Part shown: positions 14,874-23,117 of the stretch, one piece after another
How the letters are laid out: the number at the start of each line of letters is the position of its first letter
Position numbering within the stretch: the stretch's first letter is position 1
DNA from: an uncultured Clostridia bacterium
GTDB lineage: Bacteria; Bacillota; Clostridia; TANB77; CAG-508
Direction: 5' to 3'
Length of the DNA stretch: 55,150 nucleotides
NCBI GenBank assembly: GCA_947626295.1
Contig: CANQRS010000001.1
Location: 1 to 55,150, forward strand
Made by a program: the position numbers and the translations under genes
The notes under the pieces: generated by a model
What the model was told of the DNA's origin: nothing
What the model saw: the letters and a program-made list of their open reading frames with translations, nothing else
Database searches by the model: none

Positions 14874-16628
14874 TTACTTCAATTCATTAATTAAATCTTG
14901 CATCCATAAAATCGCATTTTCATAAGTCGATACATCTTCCAAATCCACATCTACCATTTTCAATAATTCAACTGACTTTTTAGTACACCCTTTTTTTAAC
15001 ATTTCTATATATTTTTCTGCATAGCCCTCCTTGTGTTCAAGAATATTCTTGGCAATTATAACAGCAGCCGAAATACCTGTAGCATACTTATAGACATAAA
15101 AAGGTCTATAAAAATGTGGTATCCTCGCCCATTCATATTGTATTTCTGTATCTATAACAACATCATTTCCAAAATACTTTTTATTTAGCTCATAATAAAT
15201 TTGATTCAAATCTTCAGCTGTAAGCATTTCATTATGTTCAACTTTATTATGTACTTCTCTTTCAAATTCGGCAAACATTGTTTGTCTAAACAAAGTTGCC
15301 CTAAACATTTCCAATAACTCATATATTAATTCATTTCTTTTGATTTTATCTTTTTCCCTATTTATTTGATATCTTGCAAGTAATATTTCATTTACAGTAG
15401 ACGCAATTTCCGCCACCATAATTGTATAATCGGCATCAATAACATTTTGATTTGAATTTGAATAATATGAATGCATAGCGTGTCCTAACTCGTGTGCTAT
15501 AGTGCTAACATCACGCTTTTTATTCATAAAATTTGTAAGTACATAAGGATGACAACCATACACACCCATATTATATGCTCCACCCATTTTATTTTCTTTA
15601 CTAAATACGTCTATCCAATTATTATTAAATGCTTCCTTTAATTTATCAGCATATTCTTCACCTAATATAGATAGAGCATCTACAATTTGAGCAGAAGCCT
15701 CTTCATAAGATATATTATCTTCTTCTATTTCTATAGGGTTAACATATATATCATATAAATGCATTTCATCTATGTTTAGCAATTTCTTTTTTAAACTCAT
15801 AAAATTATGATTTATGTGTATATTCTTATTTACAGCTTCTACCAATGAAGCATATACTTTTTGAGTAGCATCATCATTAATTACCGCTTTTTCAAGTGAT
15901 GAAGAATATTCCCTAATCTTACTTGTTATTGTATCTTCTTTTACTTTATTTATATATAATTCAGTAATTGTATGTAAAAATTCACTATACTTTTTATACA
16001 TCAAAGAAAACGCATCTTTCCTAACTCGTCTATCTTTATCCTTTAAATAATATGTATAGTTAGCATCATTAAGTTCTACCTCTTCATCTTTAGAATCCTT
16101 TATCTTTCCAAACTTAAATTCAATATTAGTTAATATATCAAAAGTATTTTCCATACCTCCAAATATTTCAGAATAATTTGTAAGCAACTCTTCTTCTTTT
16201 TCTGTTAAAATATGTTTTTTATTCTCTAATATTTCTTCTATTTTCCTCTTATATCTTTGAAGCCTTGAATCATTATTAATAAACTCTAAAATCCTTTCAT
16301 TTTCCATTTTCATAATTTCTGGAATAATAAATGAAGTGAACTTTTCAAATTCTACTCTAAAACTTTCTACTGTCTTATATAATTTTATATTTTCATTATT
16401 TGCCATATCTAAATGATAAGACAACATACCATAAGCATAAAATTTCTCATATAATTCTAATGCAGTTTCATATTCTCTATAACAATTATACAACATATCA
16501 GAGCTTTCATTTAATTTTCCTCTATATGTTTGTATCTTTTTCAACTTTTGTTCAATTTCCATTTGTGCATTATAAAAGTCATCTTGTGTTTCAAATATAT
16601 CCTTTAAATTCCAATTATATTTATCCAT
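14874..16628 (-). CDS. pepF: Oligoendopeptidase F (M3B)
   Basis: HELGHAMHS zinc motif, family-typical length; start at MDKYNWNL after TGGAGGTACAAA. Confidence 0.85.
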   Translation of the reverse strand: MDKYNWNLKDIFETQDDFYNAQMEIEQKLKKIQTYRGKLNESSDMLYNCYREYETALELYEKFYAYGMLSYHLDMANNENIKLYKTVESFRVEFEKFTSFIIPEIMKMENERILEFINNDSRLQRYKRKIEEILENKKHILTEKEEELLTNYSEIFGGMENTFDILTNIEFKFGKIKDSKDEEVELNDANYTYYLKDKDRRVRKDAFSLMYKKYSEFLHTITELYINKVKEDTITSKIREYSSSLEKAVINDDATQKVYASLVEAVNKNIHINHNFMSLKKKLLNIDEMHLYDIYVNPIEIEEDNISYEEASAQIVDALSILGEEYADKLKEAFNNNWIDVFSKENKMGGAYNMGVYGCHPYVLTNFMNKKRDVSTIAHELGHAMHSYYSNSNQNVIDADYTIMVAEIASTVNEILLARYQINREKDKIKRNELIYELLEMFRATLFRQTMFAEFEREVHNKVEHNEMLTAEDLNQIYYELNKKYFGNDVVIDTEIQYEWARIPHFYRPFYVYKYATGISAAVIIAKNILEHKEGYAEKYIEMLKKGCTKKSVELLKMVDVDLEDVSTYENAILWMQDLINELK

Positions 16629-16776
16629 TTTGTACCTCCATTTTAAATTCGTAACTATCATATCATATAATTATATAAAATTCCATACCTAAGCATTAAA
16701 TTTTTTAGCCCAAAATTGTTGAAATTAAAACTCATTAAAAAGTGCTATATTTCAACAATTTCAAGCCTCCAAATTA

Positions 16777-18087
16777 CTATAAATCACTTGTTCTTACATA
16801 AGCAACTCTACCAGTCAAATTAACTTTAATTTTATCAACAGAACTTGATACATTTTCTAAAATTTTAACCTTCGTTTTTGGCAAATAATAATATTTTGTT
16901 CCAGTTAAATTAGATTTACTATATAAAATCGTATATTTCTTCAAAGTCCTAGTTTGCCCTACTGTGCTAGATTTTTTTGAAGATGACTTTGCTTTAGTTT
17001 TACTTAGATAATCGGAACATACCCATTTATTATCACCTATTCTAGACCAGTTTCCTTTAGTTTCATATACTGTTACCTTAGAATTTTCTATCAAAGTACT
17101 AATTTTTGAAAATGATGTACTAGGTCCTTTTCGTACATTCAATCCTACACCAGTAGAAGTTTTAACATACATCGTATATTTTTGAGTTTCTTCTTTTTTA
17201 TTAACAGAATTCGTCTTTCCAGAATCATATACAAAAAATCCTTTAAAATTAGCATATTTCTTGAAATTATTTACAGAACAATATACCGAAAAATCTTTAA
17301 CAGTAACCTTTCCTCTTCTAGTGCTCGTTGAGAATTTTGTAGAATAAAGATATGGGTCATAAATTTCCAAAGTATTTCCATCTATTCCAACAATTACAAT
17401 AAAATGTCCTCCACTAGAAAACAATCCATTTCCGACAGATGCAACAACATAATGATTATCTCTTAGTAGCTTTACAGCCGTATTAAAATCATAAGTCTCA
17501 GAATATCCTATATCAAAAACATCAGCAATCCATCTAAAAGCACTCCAATAAGTTCCATTATTTGCACTTCTATATCCATATTTAACAAATAAAGAAGCCA
17601 TTTCATCAGGTGTAATAGTTCCCTTTGTAGCAGTAACTATCATAGCTGCACTTGTGGGTCCACAGCCACTTTTCCCAATAGTTTGTGTTTTATCACTAAT
17701 TGAAGTATATAACTTATTTTTCCACCTAGAATCAACTTGACTATAATAAGTTAATCCTACATAATTACCTAATTTAACTTTTGGATATTCTGTGCTACCA
17801 TTATATGATAATTCTCCTTCTAATATAAAACCTTCATCTTCTACCTCTTGTTCAGCCGAAACTTGTTTTTCATCATTTTCCGTTTGATTTACCATTTCTT
17901 TAGTAGGTAATGCTTCTATTTCTTCTTCACTCATATTATACTTAGTTATTCTATTATCATCAGATTCTATCTGCTCTTTCGTTTCTTCTGGAAGTTTTTC
18001 TTCACTATTTTCATTATATATTGCCATTCCCAATATCATTCCTAAAACAAATGCTAATAAAATAAAAAGGAAATTTCTTATGCTCAT
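16777..18087 (-). CDS. Secreted C39-like cysteine peptidase domain protein with two SH3b domains
   Basis: SGCGPTSAAMIV motif; C-terminal GLNVRKGPSTS.. SH3-type repeats; start at MSIRNF after AAGGAGGG. Confidence 0.65.
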   Translation of the reverse strand: MSIRNFLFILLAFVLGMILGMAIYNENSEEKLPEETKEQIESDDNRITKYNMSEEEIEALPTKEMVNQTENDEKQVSAEQEVEDEGFILEGELSYNGSTEYPKVKLGNYVGLTYYSQVDSRWKNKLYTSISDKTQTIGKSGCGPTSAAMIVTATKGTITPDEMASLFVKYGYRSANNGTYWSAFRWIADVFDIGYSETYDFNTAVKLLRDNHYVVASVGNGLFSSGGHFIVIVGIDGNTLEIYDPYLYSTKFSTSTRRGKVTVKDFSVYCSVNNFKKYANFKGFFVYDSGKTNSVNKKEETQKYTMYVKTSTGVGLNVRKGPSTSFSKISTLIENSKVTVYETKGNWSRIGDNKWVCSDYLSKTKAKSSSKKSSTVGQTRTLKKYTILYSKSNLTGTKYYYLPKTKVKILENVSSSVDKIKVNLTGRVAYVRTSDL

Positions 18088-18200
18088 AATTAATACCCTC
18101 CTTTTTAGCAATTTAATATATAATATTATTTAATTGCTAAAAAAGTGTATGCTCACAAAAAAATAACTCCCCATTATTATATAAATAATGAGGAATTACA

Positions 18201-18878
18201 TTATATATTATCTTTATACTTATCGTGTAAATACATAATTCTATTATCTATTTTGTTAATTAATTTAGCGTATCTTACCATTTTATTTGAATCTACTTTT
18301 GATAAGTTATTTTTTGCTTTATACTTTATTTTATGTTCTGCACTAGACCAAAAGTCCATTGCCATTGTTCTAATTTGTATCTCTGTCTTTACGCCTGCAT
18401 AAGTATCCTTATCTCCAACATTAACAAAAGTTTTAGCAATTATATGATATCCCGAATAACCACTCTTCTTTGGCGAATTCAAATAATCTTTTTTTTCTAT
18501 AATTTCAAGATTCGGATTTTCTTCTATAATTTCAATAACTTTTGGAATATCATTTTTAAAAGGACACACAACTCTTATTCCAGCAATATCGTTAATATTC
18601 TCTATTAAATTCTTATAATTCAAGTTGTAGTTCTTTTTCGTCATTTTGTTTATAATACTTTCAGGCGTCTTTATTCTGCAATTTATATTATTTATTACAT
18701 CATAATCATAATAATCTCTTAAGCCAACCTTTACATCTTCTAAATCCTTTTTTACTTGTACCATTGCCATTTCGTAAATATTCATTATCTTTTTAAATTC
18801 TTTTTCTTTAACATCTATTGGTACAAGCTGATTATTTGTCAATTTTGTTTCTTTATACTGATTATCTATTGTTTTAAT
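18201..18878 (-). CDS. Small alarmone synthetase (RelQ/RelP-type GTP pyrophosphokinase)
   Basis: GIRVVCPF, SGYSGYH, EIQIRTMAMDFWSSAEHKIKYK motifs; start uncertain (TTG 18842 without SD, or ATT 18878 behind GGGAGGAGGGG). Confidence 0.8.
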   Translation of the reverse strand: MKTIDNQYKETKLTNNQLVPIDVKEKEFKKIMNIYEMAMVQVKKDLEDVKVGLRDYYDYDVINNINCRIKTPESIINKMTKKNYNLNYKNLIENINDIAGIRVVCPFKNDIPKVIEIIEENPNLEIIEKKDYLNSPKKSGYSGYHIIAKTFVNVGDKDTYAGVKTEIQIRTMAMDFWSSAEHKIKYKAKNNLSKVDSNKMVRYAKLINKIDNRIMYLHDKYKDNI

Positions 18879-19082
18879 CCCCTCCTCCCTTCTATTATTA
18901 TTAATAATATTTTAATTTTACAATATTATCTAACAATGATGAGTCTGTGGATATTCCGTGAATTTGTCTTTCTTACCTAAAATTCCTTCTCCATTATAGC
19001 ACACCTCTTTTTTAATTTCAATATTGACTTTTAATTTTTTTAAATATATAATCAAATTAATAAAATTTAAGGAGAATTTACT

Positions 19083-20060
19083 ATGATTTCAGAAAAAGAT
19101 AATCCATCATTTTTAAATGATTTTTTAGATTATATGATAACAATTCAAAACAAATCAAAAAACACTGTAAAAGAATATAACTACGATTTAGCTACATTTC
19201 TAAGATTTTTAAAAATCCATTATAATTTAACAGATGAATCAGATTTAAAAAAAGTAGCTTATAATGATATAACAATTGAAACTTTAAAAAAAGTAACACT
19301 AGAAGATTTACATTCTTTCTTAGGTTATCTTACTAAAAATTATAATAGCAAAGCCACTACTAGGTCAAGAAAAGTTTCAAGTTTAAGAATCTTCTTTAAT
19401 TATTTGTGTCGTCAAAAAAAATTACTAACAGTAAATCCAGCACAAGATTTAGAAACACCAAAAATCGAAAAACGTTTACCTAAATATCTTACATTAGAAG
19501 ATAGTAAAAAACTATTACATATAGCGGAAAATGAGGATAACAGAAATTACGAAAGAAATTTTGCTATAACTACCCTATTCTTAAATTGCGGCATTAGACT
19601 TTCTGAACTTGTAGGCATTAATATAGCAGATATTAAATTTGATGAATGCCAAATGAATGTTATAGGAAAAGGTAACAAAGAAAGAACTATATACCTTAAC
19701 AAGGCCTGTATAAAAGCCATTAATGACTACCTAAAAATTCGACCTAAAGATAATACATTATCTAGTGACGCCCAAAAAGCATTATTCTTAAGTGAAAGAA
19801 AACAACGTATTTCTAGGAGAACAGTACAAGAAATCATCTATTCAGAATTAAAAAAAGCCGGACTAGATGCCTCTAAATACTCAGTACATAAACTTAGGCA
19901 TACAGCTGCTACACTAATGTACCAATATGGACAAGTTGATATTCGTGCATTACAAGAGCTTTTAGGTCACGAAAGCATTGCTACAACTGAGATTTATACA
20001 CACGTAAGTAATGACCAAGTAAGAGATGCTGTAGAACGTAATCCTTTAGCTAATTACTAA
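19083..20060 (+). CDS. Tyrosine recombinase, XerC/XerD family
   Basis: HKLRHTAAT...LLGHESIATTEIYTH; AAGGAG RBS. Confidence 0.8.
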   Translation: MISEKDNPSFLNDFLDYMITIQNKSKNTVKEYNYDLATFLRFLKIHYNLTDESDLKKVAYNDITIETLKKVTLEDLHSFLGYLTKNYNSKATTRSRKVSSLRIFFNYLCRQKKLLTVNPAQDLETPKIEKRLPKYLTLEDSKKLLHIAENEDNRNYERNFAITTLFLNCGIRLSELVGINIADIKFDECQMNVIGKGNKERTIYLNKACIKAINDYLKIRPKDNTLSSDAQKALFLSERKQRISRRTVQEIIYSELKKAGLDASKYSVHKLRHTAATLMYQYGQVDIRALQELLGHESIATTEIYTHVSNDQVRDAVERNPLANY

Positions 20061-20065
20061 AAACA

Positions 20066-20094
20066 TTGACACACTATACAATATAGTATATAAT
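20066..20094 (+). promoter_or_regulatory. Consensus sigma-A promoter for the 45-aa ORF
   Basis: TTGACA (20066-20071) - 17 nt - TATAAT (20089-20094). Confidence 0.6.
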
Positions 20095-20138
20095 AGATTT
20101 TAAAGCTAAATTTTACTTTAATCAGAAAGGATAATGTA

Positions 20139-20276
20139 ATGAAACGATTTATTTTTTTCGTATCTCTAATTGTCGGTACTATTTTAGCAATTTCTAAATA
20201 TCCACTTTGTAAACAAAAAGTAGATAACCGTATATCAAAAAAATATACAGAACTTGCTGAAAAGTATATGAAATAA
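20139..20276 (+). CDS. 45-aa membrane micro-protein (MKRFIFFVSLIVGTILAISKYPLCKQKVDNRISKKYTELAEKYMK), not in the ORF track
   Basis: Own consensus promoter, GAAAGGA RBS 7 nt upstream, N-terminal TM helix, followed by a strong terminator. Confidence 0.5.
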   Translation: MKRFIFFVSLIVGTILAISKYPLCKQKVDNRISKKYTELAEKYMK

Positions 20277-20299
20277 CATTTTAATTAAAATGTTAAAAA

Positions 20300-20335
20300 G
20301 CCATACAAATATTGATTTTTCAATACTTGTATGGC
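20300..20335. terminator. Bidirectional intrinsic terminator between convergent genes
   Basis: 16-bp stem GCCATACAAATATTGA/TCAATACTTGTATGGC, loop TTTT, A-run before and T-run after. Confidence 0.75.
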
Positions 20336-20349
20336 TTTTATTATATCTG

Positions 20350-20832
20350 TTACAATGTTCTATATTGATTTTTATCAGCTCTTTCATCTAACTTTCTTTC
20401 ATATTTTTTATTATTAAAGAACCAATCTGTTTTATCATCTGAATAATTTTTCCTTCTCATTCTTTCAACTGCCAAATCCAATAATGTTACAATTCCTAAT
20501 ATTATACCAACCAATGCTACCATTGTATTTTGAACAACACCAATATCAGGGGTTCCTCCAGACATTAATGCTGGCATAGCAGTTCCCATAAGATATTTTC
20601 CAAAATAAAATCCATATCCTAATAAATATATAATTGGACCTGCATACAATCTCTTTACAATTAATACAAAGCACAATAAACTAACAAACAAAAGTATCAT
20701 CTCTAAGGTTTCATCAAATACTATAAAACCTCCAAAATCCTTTCCATACTGTGCTAAGAATGCAACAGCTACTCTAAATATCCAGAATATTACTAAGAAA
20801 CAAACTAACAACCAACTTGAAAAACTTTTCAT
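20350..20832 (-). CDS. Hypothetical polytopic membrane protein
   Basis: ORF track; 4 hydrophobic helices; start at MKSFSSW after AAAGGAA. Confidence 0.55.
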   Translation of the reverse strand: MKSFSSWLLVCFLVIFWIFRVAVAFLAQYGKDFGGFIVFDETLEMILLFVSLLCFVLIVKRLYAGPIIYLLGYGFYFGKYLMGTAMPALMSGGTPDIGVVQNTMVALVGIILGIVTLLDLAVERMRRKNYSDDKTDWFFNNKKYERKLDERADKNQYRTL

Positions 20833-20917
20833 AATTTCCATTCCTTTCTCAAATTTTATCATAAAGTTTCAAAGCCTTTTATACGAATAACATTTATTCA
20901 CATAAAAGGCTACTTTC

Positions 20918-21223
20918 TTAATCTTCATCTACAAAATCAAATTCATCTTTAAACTTTTCCTTAAAAATGTTAAACACATTCATCAATATCTCTTCATCTT
21001 CTACACTAACATAAGATTCTTCATCTGGATTTTCTTCAGAGTCTTCTAACCTTAATATTACTACTTCTCCATCATCAGCTTCTCCATCTTCAATAACTGG
21101 TAATAATACAACATATTGCTCATCATCTAATTCTACTAAATCTAAGAACTCAAATCTTACCTCATTTCCATCTTCATCATTTAGAATAACAATGTTGTCT
21201 AATTCGTCCATATTCTCGTCCAT
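20918..21223 (-). CDS. DUF1292-family acidic protein
   Basis: IVILNDEDGNEVRFEFLDLVELDDEQYVVLLP pattern; conserved synteny after ruvX. Confidence 0.75.
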   Translation of the reverse strand: MDENMDELDNIVILNDEDGNEVRFEFLDLVELDDEQYVVLLPVIEDGEADDGEVVILRLEDSEENPDEESYVSVEDEEILMNVFNIFKEKFKDEFDFVDED

Positions 21224-21264
21224 TTTTTTATTCTCCCTTCAATTTTTTATTTTAATTTTAATAT

Positions 21265-21693
21265 CTAATTTATAGAATTTTTTAGTTTACTAACATAAGT
21301 TTCTAAAATATATACTGCAGATATAGTATCTACTATATCCTTCTTTTTATGCTTGTTAATATCCAAAAAATTCATTGTTTTATGTGCAGCCACTGTTGTT
21401 AATCTTTCATCAATATATTCAACTTTTAATTTATTATATTTGCATTTTAATTTGTGAAAAAATTCTTCTGTCTTTATAGTTCGAGGTGATTTAGCTCCAT
21501 TTAGACTAAATGGCATTCCTATAACTATAGTTCCAATTTCATATTTTTCAATATATTCATCAATCTTCTTCAAAATAATTTTATCATTTCCATTTGATAC
21601 TAAGGTTTCCAGCCCTTGTGCAGTTATATTTAAACTATCAGTTACAGCAAAGCCTGTTCTTACCTCTCCATAATCAATTCCTAAAATCCTCAT
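21265..21693 (-). CDS. ruvX: Holliday-junction-resolvase-like RuvX/YqgF
   Basis: MRILGIDYGEVRTGFAVTD N-terminus; start choice 21693 versus 21705 is ambiguous. Confidence 0.85.
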   Translation of the reverse strand: MRILGIDYGEVRTGFAVTDSLNITAQGLETLVSNGNDKIILKKIDEYIEKYEIGTIVIGMPFSLNGAKSPRTIKTEEFFHKLKCKYNKLKVEYIDERLTTVAAHKTMNFLDINKHKKKDIVDTISAVYILETYVSKLKNSIN

Positions 21694-21694
21694 A

Positions 21695-21952
21695 TTATTT
21701 ATCATCTATTCCTATATAATATTTTACCATTTTTTCTAAAAGTTCATCTCTTTCTATAGCCCTAATCTTATTCCTTGCATCATTATGACTTGTTATATAT
21801 GTTGGGTCTCCTGACAATATATATCCTACTAATTGATTGATAGGGTTATATCCCTTTTCAACTAATGATTGATATACATCTTTCAAAACTTCTTGAGCAT
21901 CAGCACCTTGCTCTCTTTCTAAATTAAAGTTCATTGTTTTATCAAAATTCAT
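21695..21952 (-). CDS. ireB: IreB-family regulatory phosphoprotein (UPF0297)
   Basis: [36 protein letters not shown] pattern. Confidence 0.85.
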   Translation of the reverse strand: MNFDKTMNFNLEREQGADAQEVLKDVYQSLVEKGYNPINQLVGYILSGDPTYITSHNDARNKIRAIERDELLEKMVKYYIGIDDK

Positions 21953-21962
21953 AAAATCCTCC

Positions 21963-23099
21963 TTATATACTACTAATCTCGTTTGTCGTCATATCTGCAT
22001 CATCTATGTAGTTTTCTAACTTTTTAAGAACTGTTTCAATTCCTGTTCCCTTATAATATGTTGAAATTACAAAATTTAATTTTGGTGAAACTTCTATATT
22101 TTGAATTTTCTTTTTCATCCTTCTCTTGTTTGTCTTTCCTATTTCTTCTGTCGTAAAATTCTCGTTTTCCAAACTAACCTTTAACTCCTCAGTAGTCTCT
22201 TTTAAGTCATTAATAAAACCTAATGCACTTTCTGTATCTACTCCACAAAATACTATTGCAAATTTTGGTCCCATATATCTTACAAAAATATATGAATCTA
22301 TTATATTTCCTTTAATATGTTGACTCATCTCAGTTATTACTTTATTTCCTAAAGTTCGAGATATTTCATTTATTTGTTGTATATTTGAAATCTTAAACAT
22401 ACATATAGCTGAATTATCGTATTTATCTATAATCTTCTTTCCTTCTCCATATAAATATTCTGCTGAATATAAACCAGAAAATAAATCTTTTCTTACGATA
22501 CTTTCTAAGATTTTTTGATAATTCACAGCCTTTAAAACTGTAACTATATTTTCCTTTGCAATTTCAAATATTGTTATATCTATATTGTCAAAATCGTGAG
22601 GGACTCCACTTTCGATTAACCAATATCCGATATATACATTATCTATATAAAGTGGAAAAAATATTGCTGATTTTGCTCTTCCAAATTCTTGTTTTTGATA
22701 AGGTAGCTGTTCTTTTTCGTTATTTACTGTAATATATTTAGGATTTGTTGTTGAAATACTATCTTTAAATATATCAACTTCGTGCAAATTTGCTAATGTT
22801 TCCCAATGTTTTTTATCAACATTAGTAGCTTTTATAATATAATCGATTCCATCAAATATTACTATTGTCGAATATTTCAATTCATATTTTTCTAATATTA
22901 CATTATTTATTGCCTTGATTTTGTCATCTACATTCATATCGTTTCCAGTAATATTGATGAAATCTTGAATTATATTTAAACTAGTAAATCTTTTATCAAG
23001 ATTTCTAAATTCCTGTATCTTTTTGCTTATTGACATATTATATATAGTTAGTATAGCGATAATCAAAACCAATATTATTACTATTGTTACTGACCACAT
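21963..23099 (-). CDS. Membrane-anchored sensor-like protein with degenerate GGDEF domain
   Basis: N-terminal TM; [13 protein letters not shown] (for DxLTGLxNR) and [13 protein letters not shown] (for RxGGDEF): catalytic signature replaced by MGPKF. Confidence 0.6.
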   Translation of the reverse strand: MWSVTIVIILVLIIAILTIYNMSISKKIQEFRNLDKRFTSLNIIQDFINITGNDMNVDDKIKAINNVILEKYELKYSTIVIFDGIDYIIKATNVDKKHWETLANLHEVDIFKDSISTTNPKYITVNNEKEQLPYQKQEFGRAKSAIFFPLYIDNVYIGYWLIESGVPHDFDNIDITIFEIAKENIVTVLKAVNYQKILESIVRKDLFSGLYSAEYLYGEGKKIIDKYDNSAICMFKISNIQQINEISRTLGNKVITEMSQHIKGNIIDSYIFVRYMGPKFAIVFCGVDTESALGFINDLKETTEELKVSLENENFTTEEIGKTNKRRMKKKIQNIEVSPKLNFVISTYYKGTGIETVLKKLENYIDDADMTTNEISSI

Positions 23100-23117
23100 A
23101 CAGTTTTATTACCTCCA

